Of a stretch of DNA of 64,000 nucleotides, positions 1 to 9,714 are shown piece by piece (within the stretch, counting starts at the first letter, position 1; every line of letters begins with the position of its first letter). The position numbers were made by a program, and so were the translations under genes. Source of the DNA: Fibrobacterales bacterium (GTDB lineage: Bacteria; Fibrobacterota; Fibrobacteria; Fibrobacterales; JAOPTW01); NCBI GenBank assembly GCA_051532035.1, contig JAOPTW010000006.1, positions 1-64,000 on the forward strand, in the 5' to 3' direction. The notes beneath the pieces were generated by a model. The model searched no databases. It was given only the letters and a program-made list of their open reading frames with translations, and was not told the DNA's origin.

Positions 1-586
1 CTCTCCCTCGTTCACCAATAAGAGCTATGACATTTACTTGCGCCAAACAGTTCCGGGCAATCATTCCCATCGTGACACTTTTTCCAACTCCAGAACCTGC
101 AAAAATGCCCATACGTTGGCCACAACCAACAGTTAAAAAGCCATCAATCGCCTTGAGCCCTGTATGCATTGGTGTTTTAATACGGGTACGCTTCAGCGCA
201 TTAGGCGGTTCTGCATAAATGCTTCTCCGCTCTTCAATTTCAACAGGCCCCTTCTCATCCATAGGATTCCCGAGTCCATCAATTATTCGCCCCAACATTG
301 AACGAGCTAAATCGACAGCAAGTGTTTGCCCTGTTGTCTGTACAATCATCCCTGGGCGGATACCCTGCATCTGCCCAAGGGGCATAAGTAACGTACGGCT
401 CTCTTTAAAGCCCACAACTTCAGCACGACACGCAACACGATCTCCATCCATTATCTCACAGAGTTCACCAATGGCCGCAGAGGGCCCAGTACTCTCAATA
501 ACTAACCCAATAATTTCTGAAATAGTTCCCGATTGCCGATATTCTGGCACTTTGTTAATAGCATGTACGAATGGGTCACTCCACAT
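1..586 (-). CDS. fliI: Flagellar export ATPase FliI (N-terminal part; runs off the window start)
   Basis: Not in the ORF track. Manual translation from ATG at 586 gives MWSDPFVHAINKVPEYRQSGTISEIIGLVIESTGP...GQRMGIFAGSGVGKS (Walker A)...ALIGERGRE. Starts 1 nt after the fliH stop. Confidence 0.95.
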   Translation of the reverse strand, partial: MWSDPFVHAINKVPEYRQSGTISEIIGLVIESTGPSAAIGELCEIMDGDRVACRAEVVGFKESRTLLMPLGQMQGIRPGMIVQTTGQTLAVDLARSMLGRIIDGLGNPMDEKGPVEIEERRSIYAEPPNALKRTRIKTPMHTGLKAIDGFLTVGCGQRMGIFAGSGVGKSVTMGMIARNCLAQVNVIALIGERGR

Positions 587-587
587 A

Positions 588-1712
588 CTACTCTACCTCA
601 CCCTCTGTATCTTCAGAATTTTGTTCTTCAGTAGGCGCTTGATTATCTATTTTATTTTCAAGATCTCCACCCGAACTATCATTAGGCTCACTTGTGCTCT
701 CTTCAGTTACCCCGGTATTATTCTCTGCATTCACTGCCTCAGTATCTTGCGCCCCTAACTCAGCGGCATCCGACTCTTGAGCATCATCAACCTCTAACTG
801 TTCGTATGCATGCTGCATAGCAGAATCAATTTTGCCTGCATGCTCCTCTTTTGACGTCTCATCCTCTACCGATCCCAGCGTCTGTTCTATATTTCTATCA
901 TGGAGTTTTTTAGCTTCATCAGACATTTTCGTGTCGGCCAACCCAAAGTGTTGCAATGATACATTAAGCGTATCTTCGATACCCTCAACAACCATATTCA
1001 CTGAGACATCAACTGTACCCGACTCGGTTTCAAGCAGGCACCCGCCCCGAGTTATACGAGCATCTTCGACCACTTGAATATCTTTCAGTTTACTTTGAAC
1101 AGGCTTCCAAAACTGAACGTCATCTTCTACGGCATCAAAATCATCCGGGTTGACTTTCACCAAGAGGCTTGTTTCATTCCCCAATGCCTGAATACCTTTT
1201 TTTACTGAATGAGTTATGACATCAATTGATGTCTGAGAAAGGTGCTGTACAAATTTTAATGCAATTGCACTAGCAATTTTAACCGCTCCCTGTTCTGCCT
1301 CTGCAAAAAAGAAGTTTTTCTCTTGTGACAATACTGCAAATACATTTGCAAGATTACTCTTAAGTGTATTGAGCTGAGAGTGATACTCACCTGAAGATTC
1401 TCGTTTACCCTCTTCATACCCCTGTGCTTTACCTTCGGCAACGCCACGCTCATGTGCCTGTTTTGCTTTCAGCTCACCTTCCTGACGAACTAACTCAATA
1501 TCTTTTTTTAGGGTATCGATAACTTTAATAAGAGCAATAATCTCTTTTGGTGAGCTTTCTCGCACTTCTGCAGGGGCCTCTTTGACTTTATTACTTATTT
1601 TACCCGTTGTCATCGTAGGATATTTAATCCCACCTACAGAAAACTGCCCTGCATCCTTTGCCTGAGCCGCTTTAAGAATACTTTTAACCGAAACTCTTCC
1701 TGCATCACCCAT
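588..1712 (-). CDS. fliH: Flagellar assembly protein FliH, with long acidic C-terminal tail
   Basis: GxxxG repeats (ERGVAEGKAQGYEEG), VKVNPDD and ITRGGCLLETESGTVD motifs; lies between fliG and fliI. Confidence 0.92.
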   Translation of the reverse strand: MGDAGRVSVKSILKAAQAKDAGQFSVGGIKYPTMTTGKISNKVKEAPAEVRESSPKEIIALIKVIDTLKKDIELVRQEGELKAKQAHERGVAEGKAQGYEEGKRESSGEYHSQLNTLKSNLANVFAVLSQEKNFFFAEAEQGAVKIASAIALKFVQHLSQTSIDVITHSVKKGIQALGNETSLLVKVNPDDFDAVEDDVQFWKPVQSKLKDIQVVEDARITRGGCLLETESGTVDVSVNMVVEGIEDTLNVSLQHFGLADTKMSDEAKKLHDRNIEQTLGSVEDETSKEEHAGKIDSAMQHAYEQLEVDDAQESDAAELGAQDTEAVNAENNTGVTEESTSEPNDSSGGDLENKIDNQAPTEEQNSEDTEGEVE

Positions 1713-1721
1713 GATCTACCT

Positions 1722-2792
1722 CTATACCACAATCTCTTCAGAGCCACCGCGACCACTGATAATAATCTCTCCATCTTCTTCGAGGCGACGAATAACATCT
1801 ACAATTTTTTGCTGTGCCTCTTCTACATCCTTGAGACGCACTGGCCCCATATACTCCATATCTTCACGAACACCTTCTGCTGCTCTACTCGACATATTGT
1901 TAAAAAACTTAGTTTGTACCTGTTCCGATGCTCCCTTAAGTGCAAGAGAAAGCTCTTTGGTATCAACTTCTTTCATGGTACGCTGCATGCCTTTATCATC
2001 AATTAATGTGATATCTTCAAATACAAACATAAGGTTTTTAATTTCAGTTGCGAGTTCTGGATTGTCTCTTTCAAGGTTACCCAAAATATTTTTCTCCGCG
2101 CCACGATCGACCAAATTGAGCATCTCTGCGACTGACTGAACACCACCAACTTCTGCAGTCTCACCTCGAAACATAGATTTCATCTGAACTGCAAGTACCT
2201 GCTCTACCTGGGTTAACACATCGGGAGATATGGATTCCATTGTCGCAATACGAGTTGCAACTTCTACCTGCATTTCTTGAGGGAGCACATTAATAATACC
2301 CGCAGCTTTATCTGCACTCATACGAGAAAGAAGAAGTGCAACTGTCTGAGGATGTTCTTTTTGAATAAACGTTGTTAATTGGTTTGGGTCAACATTGTCA
2401 AGCATGTTGAATCCCGTTGTTCTTATGGAGTTATGTACCTTTTCAAGAATCTCTTTTGCCTTACGAGAACCAAGTGCCCCTTCCAAAATTTCTTCTGCAT
2501 AGCTCAAGCCACCTTGTGCAATAAATTGCTGCGCCATCGCCATATTGTGAAACTCCTCAAGGACCGCCTCACGCATTTCTGGGGTAACCCCTTCAAGTCG
2601 TGCAATTTGAGTAGTCAACTGCTCTACTTCAACATCATTCAGATGCTTAAAAATTTCAGATGAGGTCTCTGCCCCCAGTGCAACAAGTACAATGGCTGCT
2701 TTTTTGGGGCCAGGAATATCAAATTTTGGTTTATCTTTAGCCGCTCCCCCTCCTTCACTGCCTGCCGCGTTTTTGTAAAAATCCTTTGCCAT
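1722..2792 (-). CDS. fliG: Flagellar motor switch protein FliG
   Basis: KKAAIVLVALG, EHPQTVAL, MFVFEDI and GPVRLKDVEEAQ motifs. Confidence 0.98.
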   Translation of the reverse strand: MAKDFYKNAAGSEGGGAAKDKPKFDIPGPKKAAIVLVALGAETSSEIFKHLNDVEVEQLTTQIARLEGVTPEMREAVLEEFHNMAMAQQFIAQGGLSYAEEILEGALGSRKAKEILEKVHNSIRTTGFNMLDNVDPNQLTTFIQKEHPQTVALLLSRMSADKAAGIINVLPQEMQVEVATRIATMESISPDVLTQVEQVLAVQMKSMFRGETAEVGGVQSVAEMLNLVDRGAEKNILGNLERDNPELATEIKNLMFVFEDITLIDDKGMQRTMKEVDTKELSLALKGASEQVQTKFFNNMSSRAAEGVREDMEYMGPVRLKDVEEAQQKIVDVIRRLEEDGEIIISGRGGSEEIVV

Positions 2793-2863
2793 TACTTCCC
2801 CATCCTTTGCCTATTCCGCCTGTCTTTTAAAAATAACCTAATTTAAAATCGCCCAACCTAATT

Positions 2864-4393
2864 TTACTCATTATCGGCAGTTTCGCCGCTCTCCAGCCAC
2901 GTGCGGATCAATTCAGCAACATTACTTGGATTATTCTGGGTCATCTCTTCCATCCTATCAAGCATTTCATTTTGACGACGTACCGCTTCTGGCACTTCAT
3001 CTTCTTCAACTTCAAGATCAATACCCGCATATTTTGGAAGTGGTGGGTTCATTGCTGTTGCAACATTACGAATCACCGTTCTAAGGAATACAAATCCCAT
3101 CAATACTACTGCGAGTATCACCAGTCTTAAACCCCATTTTTCAATTTTATCAGCGAGAGCCACATCTTTCATAGCACTGAGCTCATTTTCTAGATAACTA
3201 TTATCAAACTGTACATTTGCTACAAAAATTTCATCATGGCCTGTTTCATCAAAACCAACTGCATTTTTTACCAAACGGGTCAAGACATCGATTTCCTCTT
3301 CTTTACGGGGCACATATATTCTTTTCCCATCATCATAGCTATAGGTCCCATCAACCGCCACTGATACCGTAATTCTTTTACGACTCCCTGGAGCGTTGAC
3401 AATATGAGCTACCGTACGATCAATTTCATAATTAGTGATTGCCCCCTCTTTTACTTCATCACCGATTGCAGGGCTATTTCTGCGCGTACCGTCATCACGC
3501 TGTTCTGACCGAACAACTTTTTTCTTCGGATCAAATGACTCTACTTTTTTACTAATCTGATCAAAATCAAGTGTAGTACTCACCTTTACCCGCGCACGAT
3601 TTTTACCCAACACCCCTTCGAGTATCGATACCACTTTATGTTCAAGGTCACGTTCAACACTCTTTTTCAGCTCCATATTGTGATCGGTCTGTTCTGCAAC
3701 TTCATTATCAGCAAAGCCACGAGTGAGCATATTACCGTTTTGATCTAATACAGTTACTTTACGCGCCTTTAAGTTATCTATCGCACTTGAAACCAAATGG
3801 GTAATGCCACGGACCTGCTTTTTTGTAATCTCTTCGCCTGGGTGAATTTTAATTATGACTGATGCTTCAGCCTCTTCCATTTTTTCTGTGAAAATAGTTC
3901 TCTTTGGGACAGCAATGTGAACACGCGCTTGGTCAATTGCTTTGATTGTTTCAATACTCCGAGTTAGCTCTGCCTCGACCGCTCGTTTATAGTTGAGGTT
4001 TTGTACAAAGTCGGTCACACCCAACTGCATTTTGTCAAAAATTTCGTACCCTTTACCCGACTGCTGAGGAAGTCCTGCACGGGCAAGTTCCATACGAACA
4101 TCATGCACCGCTTTTTTTGTCACAAGAATGGTTCTACCATCATTTTCTAATTTATAAGGTTGGTCACTCTCTTTTAGATGATCAACAATTGCAGCTGCTT
4201 CTTGTAAATCGACATTTGCAAAAAGGGTAACATATCCATCATCCTGCCCATTAATTGAATTGATGGCAATAGCCAATACCAACCCAACAAAGGTAATCAG
4301 AAATACAGATGCTAAAATTGTCTTTTGTAGTGTATTAAAACGAACCCAGATATTTCTGAGCTGTATAAGCATCTGTTTAAAAAAATCTGACAT
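2864..4393 (-). CDS. fliF: Flagellar MS-ring protein FliF
   Basis: N-terminal TM, GYEIFDK, ARVHIAVP, TNYEID, second TM, C-terminal AELIRTWL. Start moved to ATG 4393 (MSDFF), preceded by AGGAG. Confidence 0.96.
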   Translation of the reverse strand: MSDFFKQMLIQLRNIWVRFNTLQKTILASVFLITFVGLVLAIAINSINGQDDGYVTLFANVDLQEAAAIVDHLKESDQPYKLENDGRTILVTKKAVHDVRMELARAGLPQQSGKGYEIFDKMQLGVTDFVQNLNYKRAVEAELTRSIETIKAIDQARVHIAVPKRTIFTEKMEEAEASVIIKIHPGEEITKKQVRGITHLVSSAIDNLKARKVTVLDQNGNMLTRGFADNEVAEQTDHNMELKKSVERDLEHKVVSILEGVLGKNRARVKVSTTLDFDQISKKVESFDPKKKVVRSEQRDDGTRRNSPAIGDEVKEGAITNYEIDRTVAHIVNAPGSRKRITVSVAVDGTYSYDDGKRIYVPRKEEEIDVLTRLVKNAVGFDETGHDEIFVANVQFDNSYLENELSAMKDVALADKIEKWGLRLVILAVVLMGFVFLRTVIRNVATAMNPPLPKYAGIDLEVEEDEVPEAVRRQNEMLDRMEEMTQNNPSNVAELIRTWLESGETADNE

Positions 4394-4434
4394 GTTACTC
4401 TCCTGCCTTACGGTCATACGATTCCATACAGAAC

Positions 4435-4457
4435 CATATAAAGCGAGGATCGTGCCA
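4435..4457 (-). promoter_or_regulatory. sigma54 (-24/-12) promoter of the fliF operon
   Basis: Minus strand TGGCACGATCCTCGCTTTATATG: GG-N10-GC spacing; closely matches the site upstream of flgB. Confidence 0.8.
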
Positions 4458-4608
4458 GTTTTTTACGTAAGTTTACAAAAGAAAAAGGGCTATTTTGAGC
4501 TAAATTCGAAGGTAAAAGTTAAAGCAATTGTTGAGAAACAGGCGGGAGCACCTATTTTTGCCTCATTCAAGGAAGAATTTTCCCCCGATCTTGGAGCTTC
4601 ATACTATA

Positions 4609-4635
4609 TAATCGGGAGAATTCAGAAAAACTTGA
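4609..4635 (-). promoter_or_regulatory. sigma28-like promoter upstream of fliF
   Basis: Minus strand TCAA-GTTTTTCTGAATTCT(15 nt)-CCCGATTA vs consensus TAAA-N15-GCCGATAA. Confidence 0.45.
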
Positions 4636-4680
4636 GTGTATTTAAAAGAATTCTATTTCATGCCCCTTTAGAGACACTCG

Positions 4681-6540
4681 TTATTTTCTACGAGTAACCC
4701 AAGACTCTTTTATCTGATTAAGGCTTTCAATGTCACCCTCAATTGATTTCATGTACGCTGCTTTGAAAACCCCCTTCTTCTCTACAACCGTACGAGTCAA
4801 TATAAGCTCTCTTCTCTTTTTCTTTTTCTTACAGGTCACCACGAACATATCGTTATCAACTTCTTTACAAGCAAATTTGTACGTAACTTTTTTCTTGCCT
4901 GTAGCAATTGCTATTTTTTCGGTCATTATTGAACGAATATTCGTGACCCAATCAATAGAACGGTCGGCATCATACCCCTCATAATACCCCATAAAATACC
5001 CGCCAAGATTTTTCATCTCTTTGCGCTTTTTCTTTATAAGAGGAGTCTTATTATTAAATTGAGCCTCACTTACAAATTTACTTTCACGAACATCACTATT
5101 AGTAAAGAGCACATTTCTTACAGCATTTGCTTTATCCAATGTGGTCAAATATTTCTGGACAAATTCAACTTTATCCTCTTCATCAAAATGAGGAATATTT
5201 GAACGTAAGTACATTGACGTTATACCATCCCAGGTTATGGTGATGCTATCATTTTTATCATCAAATGGATGAGCATCTATTTCATGCAAAATACTACTCT
5301 TTGCTAAGTTAGATTCAGGAAGCTTTTTTACACGTCCGTCCGTTATTCGCACTCCCGAGAGACCATCATAATCTAGTGGAATAAACCCTGCAATACTCCC
5401 CTTCCAGTATGGCCAAATAGGGTAGTCTTCTTCACCATGTACAACAATTAATGGTATTTGACACGCCATAGGATTTATAAAACGAGGGTCAAAACCAAGT
5501 TCACTATGGGCCCGAGTAAGAAATACGGAATACTCTATTTCTGCTAGTTTGAGCATTTCAGCAGTAAATGCTGCGATACCCCACGCATTTGTTTCACCAC
5601 TTTGTAGTACTTCATCAGGATCAATTTTCTTAAGTTTCATAGATTTCAATGTTATATTATCTTGCACATATTTTAGGATCGCATCAACAGTCTCTTCATT
5701 TGACTTCCCCTTTGAAAGGTCTTCTACTACTCTATTAATTTTATTATTCGAACTAAAATAGGTCCGCCCATAAAAATAATCCTCATACTCTTTTGTTATA
5801 TCACTCCAACTTTCTAACCCAACACTACGATATCCACTGATAAAACTAACTGTAAATACTACACGAGGTGCAATAACATCAAGTGGTTTCGTGTTACTCA
5901 AATTACTTATGGGCATAAGATTCGCTTTACGATACACCCGATTGGTAAATCCATGAGAGTAGGTCACCTTCGATTTACCAATACCTCCATACCCCTTTAA
6001 CTTAAAGTCACTTGATGTATGGTGTGAAAAGTGAAAAGAGGCCTCTTTTACTGGAATTTTGAAGGCCATAAGTAACTCGCCGACCCACAGCTGCACCGAA
6101 TGAGTGTGCTCAATATGTATATCAATGACCACTCCTGGGGTCACATTTTTGAGAACAACTTTGCCTTCTTTTTTATAGCTCCTTTTCAAAGCACCAATAT
6201 CCTGTGGAATCAACTGATTATCAGGACCCACCACCTTAATATTAAATTTCGAGAGCCCTTTCTTATTATTGTTAAAATAGAGCGTTCCATATTGAGTACC
6301 TTTCTGAGATGTAATGACTAACTTTTGACGATGTACATACCGGTAGCTATACCTATTAGACATAAATATTTTTTTGCCATACTCAACATATTTTTCATCA
6401 TATTCAAGGTAGGCACCGTATTTTTCCCACTCTGTAGGATCAACAGGAGCCCCAGTAGTTCCTTGAAAGTTGAGCGGTGAATGCATAGCACAATTGCTCA
6501 ATAATAATCCGACGATCCCAAATAGTATTAGATTTCTCAT
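4681..6540 (-). CDS. DUF3857/transglutaminase-like lipoprotein, catalytic triad apparently lost
   Basis: Lipobox LLSNC; AILKYVQDNI...EVLQSGETNAWG aligns with the transglutaminase core. Start at 6540 gives an ATGA overlap with the upstream gene's stop. Confidence 0.7.
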   Translation of the reverse strand: MRNLILFGIVGLLLSNCAMHSPLNFQGTTGAPVDPTEWEKYGAYLEYDEKYVEYGKKIFMSNRYSYRYVHRQKLVITSQKGTQYGTLYFNNNKKGLSKFNIKVVGPDNQLIPQDIGALKRSYKKEGKVVLKNVTPGVVIDIHIEHTHSVQLWVGELLMAFKIPVKEASFHFSHHTSSDFKLKGYGGIGKSKVTYSHGFTNRVYRKANLMPISNLSNTKPLDVIAPRVVFTVSFISGYRSVGLESWSDITKEYEDYFYGRTYFSSNNKINRVVEDLSKGKSNEETVDAILKYVQDNITLKSMKLKKIDPDEVLQSGETNAWGIAAFTAEMLKLAEIEYSVFLTRAHSELGFDPRFINPMACQIPLIVVHGEEDYPIWPYWKGSIAGFIPLDYDGLSGVRITDGRVKKLPESNLAKSSILHEIDAHPFDDKNDSITITWDGITSMYLRSNIPHFDEEDKVEFVQKYLTTLDKANAVRNVLFTNSDVRESKFVSEAQFNNKTPLIKKKRKEMKNLGGYFMGYYEGYDADRSIDWVTNIRSIMTEKIAIATGKKKVTYKFACKEVDNDMFVVTCKKKKKRRELILTRTVVEKKGVFKAAYMKSIEGDIESLNQIKESWVTRRK

Positions 6541-8405
6541 TTCCAAATAATTCCTTCAATAAATTTTTGCTGATCCTTATAAAAGCGGACCTTCTCTTTT
6601 CGTTCATGGGGATAAAATAGCCTATTCTCTAGGGAAAATTTTCGAGAGACCGTTTTTCTTTTACGGCGCCACTTGCCTGTACAAAAGTCTGTAGCTACTT
6701 TACCCGCCTCAAGATCGCGATATCCTCTTGGCAGCTTCCAACTATCTTTTTGTATAAGGTTATGTACCATACGTGGCCCTTCTAAATAGCGAGTAGTATA
6801 CGAAAACTCTTTATTATACAAATAGGGGGTATTCAATTGAAATCCACCAGCATCCATTTCTATATAATTTTTATGAAAATCAGCATCATAGGCAAAGGTC
6901 ACTTTATCTGAAGTCAAAACGTTAATGGTAATCTCATCACTCACAATTTTAAACGCCTCTGCTAAGAAATCCTTAAGTACAAGGTTATCCATCTCTTGAC
7001 CAACAGCATTATAACGCATGAAAAAGTAAAATGCCGGAGTCCCTTCGAGCTCTATGGTCCCCTTCATACGCCACCGTTTATTTTTCTTATCCCGATAGAT
7101 ACTATTTTTGGTCTCTACCACATTAAGAGCTGAGTCTCCCTCAATAGAACTGGGAACTGCACCGTCACTCGTTAGAGCCACCACTTTTCTGCCAATCAAT
7201 GGATAGTAGCTATTTGACCACTCCGCCTTTTGAATAGTTGGATCAATATAAAGATACCCATCATCAACCTTAACTCGGGCTATCATATGATTAAAATAAC
7301 CAAGGGCCGGATAGCCATCCACTTGTTGCAACCCTCCATTATTCACCAATACCAACTCAACATCAACCCCTACTTCCCGAAGGATCGCTTTATACATCGA
7401 TGAGAGTTCCTTACAATCTGCAAGTCCCGTTTTTACAATCTTCTTAACATCACGGGGAATATAGGCGTGATAAGCGCGTTCATCCGCATGATAACGAAAC
7501 GTTCTCTTTAACAGATCAAAACCCTCTTTTAATTTTTCAGCCCGAGTTCTTCCTTTTATTTGACTGGCAAAGTGTTTAATATTCGCATCACCCGTTAGGT
7601 TTTGTTCAATCTGTTTATAGTAGTAATCCCCCAGTTCTGCCCAACTCATTGATTCGTTTCCTACCGGTGGTAATGACATATAGAGTGCGCAATACCAAAG
7701 CTCTTTTAAGAGTGGGGAACCAGTCCGATCCATTTTATGTATTTGGGTAGATTCGAGGGTTACCCTGTTGTAAGTGCCAACCTTTTTTTCTGTAAACGAA
7801 ACCTTGAGTTTTTCACCATTTTCAACACCATAGTTGATCTTCATTGATGCCGGATATTCCAGTACCACTTTTTTATGAAGCACTGGTTTCATGCTTCGCA
7901 TAAACACTCGAGCTCTATACTCTGGCTTAAAAATATTTCGCTTAATGACTCTTTTTATAATCATTCCATCAGTATACCGTGATAAGGAGACCCCTGTTCC
8001 CCACCCATTGGATTCATCAATACCATCATTTTGTAGACGAAATCGATGACGAGCTTTTTTAGTTTTTGTGCTGCCATTTTCATAATAAGCTGTAACCGTC
8101 ATTTGTGCAGGCTTCTCAATAGACTCAAAGTCATAAGCCACTAATTTTTTCAAGTCATCACTTTTAGCTGATTGTACATAAAACCAGGTTGTATGCACAA
8201 CCTCCAAAGAGTTAAATTTGGCGTTTTGCTTGAGCGTATGGTGCTCAACATCCGAAAGCACCACAAAGGGTTCATCTTTTAAGTGGTCTGGAATATCTAA
8301 TTGACTTGCAGTATACTCATCGGGTAACACTGCTTTTGGGGCAACACAACCGGCTATCCCCCCGACAATGAGAAGACATAGTAATAGGGTATATTTAAAA
8401 TACAT
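6537..8405 (-). CDS. DUF3857/transglutaminase-like lipoprotein with intact Cys-His-Asp triad
   Basis: Lipobox IAGC; GLADCKELS, FNHMI and YIDPT motifs; SWAELGDYY motif before the core. Confidence 0.85.
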   Translation of the reverse strand: MYFKYTLLLCLLIVGGIAGCVAPKAVLPDEYTASQLDIPDHLKDEPFVVLSDVEHHTLKQNAKFNSLEVVHTTWFYVQSAKSDDLKKLVAYDFESIEKPAQMTVTAYYENGSTKTKKARHRFRLQNDGIDESNGWGTGVSLSRYTDGMIIKRVIKRNIFKPEYRARVFMRSMKPVLHKKVVLEYPASMKINYGVENGEKLKVSFTEKKVGTYNRVTLESTQIHKMDRTGSPLLKELWYCALYMSLPPVGNESMSWAELGDYYYKQIEQNLTGDANIKHFASQIKGRTRAEKLKEGFDLLKRTFRYHADERAYHAYIPRDVKKIVKTGLADCKELSSMYKAILREVGVDVELVLVNNGGLQQVDGYPALGYFNHMIARVKVDDGYLYIDPTIQKAEWSNSYYPLIGRKVVALTSDGAVPSSIEGDSALNVVETKNSIYRDKKNKRWRMKGTIELEGTPAFYFFMRYNAVGQEMDNLVLKDFLAEAFKIVSDEITINVLTSDKVTFAYDADFHKNYIEMDAGGFQLNTPYLYNKEFSYTTRYLEGPRMVHNLIQKDSWKLPRGYRDLEAGKVATDFCTGKWRRKRKTVSRKFSLENRLFYPHERKEKVRFYKDQQKFIEGIIWK

Positions 8406-8432
8406 AGGACTCTCTTAAAATTAAATGAGCCA

Positions 8433-8440
8433 CAAATATA
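8433..8440 (-). promoter_or_regulatory. TAnnTTTG-type housekeeping promoter box for the transglutaminase pair
   Basis: TATATTTG on the minus strand 27 nt upstream of the ATG; the same motif recurs before six other genes in the window. Confidence 0.55.
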
Positions 8441-8470
8441 AAAAAACCGAAAGAGAAGTCTCTTTCGGTT
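8440..8470 (-). terminator. Intrinsic terminator after fliE
   Basis: Perfect 11-bp stem AACCGAAAGAG/CTCTTTCGGTT followed by a U-tract on the minus strand. Confidence 0.85.
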
Positions 8471-8495
8471 AGAAAATGTAAATGAGATATGTTGA

Positions 8496-8804
8496 TTAAC
8501 CACGCATTTTTATCAACTCTTGATAGGCTTCCATGGTTTTGTTCCGTATCTCGAGCATCATATTAAATGCAACCTTAGCCTCACCAACTGCAAGCATAAC
8601 CTGGTGTACATCTTTGATCTCACCTGCCACCATTTTTTGAATAGACTCATCAGCTGTGTGCTGCATTTTGTTCACATCTTTAATAAAGCCGGTAAGCATA
8701 TCATCGAACCCAGGCGTGCCTTTGGCATCCTTTTTGATACTTTTTACTTCAAACCCTTCCTGGGCTTTCTTTAGGGGGTCCATCCCTTTCATAGGGTCCA
8801 TCAT
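8496..8804 (-). CDS. fliE: Flagellar hook-basal body protein FliE
   Basis: DVHQVMLA...MLEIRNKTMEAYQELIKM signature; AGGAGG RBS. Confidence 0.97.
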   Translation of the reverse strand: MMDPMKGMDPLKKAQEGFEVKSIKKDAKGTPGFDDMLTGFIKDVNKMQHTADESIQKMVAGEIKDVHQVMLAVGEAKVAFNMMLEIRNKTMEAYQELIKMRG

Positions 8805-8814
8805 TTTTAACCTC

Positions 8815-9174
8815 CTACGCCATCATATCAACGTAATTGCCCAAATTCCTTTTCGTAGGGCGGTTTGGCTCTGTGTCTAAATCTACATTATTCGCCTGTA
8901 TACTGCTAGAAATATAATTATTTGCAATTGCACCTACAGACTTTATCATTGTAGTTACCGAGGGAGCTTCCAGCTTCTCGATATTATTTTTTCGGATTGT
9001 TTCGAGGTCAACTTGAGGTATTTTGCTATCAAGATTTTGCTCTTTTCGTTTTGCCTCAAGTATTGTCCGCCAATCGGCACCCGACTGTACGTTAGACTCG
9101 CGCGGCGCCATATTATTCCGCATCTGTGCTTGTTGGCGTATCGCTTCAAAATTGTTAAATCCGACTGTGTTCAT
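8815..9174 (-). CDS. Hypothetical protein in the flagellar operon (C-terminal LGNYVDMMA, YjfB-like tail)
   Basis: Fills the flgC-fliE gap with 10-17 nt spacing and has a GAGG RBS. Confidence 0.7.
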   Translation of the reverse strand: MNTVGFNNFEAIRQQAQMRNNMAPRESNVQSGADWRTILEAKRKEQNLDSKIPQVDLETIRKNNIEKLEAPSVTTMIKSVGAIANNYISSSIQANNVDLDTEPNRPTKRNLGNYVDMMA

Positions 9175-9191
9175 CCGTAAACCTCAAATCT

Positions 9192-9698
9192 TTATAATTT
9201 CAATGCTTCCATGAGCATCGCTTTTGTTGAACTAAATGCGGTAACATTCGCCTCGTATGCACGCGTTGCCGATATCATATCAGTCATCTCCTGCACTACA
9301 TTAATATTAGGCATTGCCACATACCCTTCTTTATTTGCATCAGGGTGCTTCGGGTCATACACCAATCGAGGTGCATTTTCATCTTGATGAATTTCAGCGA
9401 CTTTTACTCCACTTCCAATATATTCCCGATCAATTACAAATTCTGAGTCTGGAATATCCATATGATTTTCATGGGTAAATTTCCCTTGTAACTTAGGTGG
9501 ACCAAACACAAATTTCTTATTGTACTCTTCTGGGTCAGCTTCAAAAATAACTGTTTGTTTTTTATAGGGGCCACCCTCATCAGTGCGAGTAGTTTCTGCA
9601 TTAGCAAGGTTCGACGCAATAACATTTTGACGTACCCTTTGTGCTCTCAGCCCTGTGGCAGAGATATTAAGCCCTGTAAACATTCCAACTAATGGCAT
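9192..9698 (-). CDS. flgC: Flagellar basal-body rod protein FlgC
   Basis: SNLANAETT, YDPKHPDA, GYVAMPNINVVQEM and RAYEAN motifs. Confidence 0.98.
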   Translation of the reverse strand: MPLVGMFTGLNISATGLRAQRVRQNVIASNLANAETTRTDEGGPYKKQTVIFEADPEEYNKKFVFGPPKLQGKFTHENHMDIPDSEFVIDREYIGSGVKVAEIHQDENAPRLVYDPKHPDANKEGYVAMPNINVVQEMTDMISATRAYEANVTAFSSTKAMLMEALKL

Positions 9699-9714
9699 AT
9701 CATTACCTCCCTAG

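Noticed and set aside
27..758. Plus-strand ORFs 27..218 and 219..758
   Set aside because: Antisense shadows of fliI and fliH. The same applies to the many short ORFs nested in or opposite long recognised genes.
4260..4697. 145 aa plus-strand ORF
   Set aside because: Overlaps the fliF start and its promoter region antisense; no recognisable motif.
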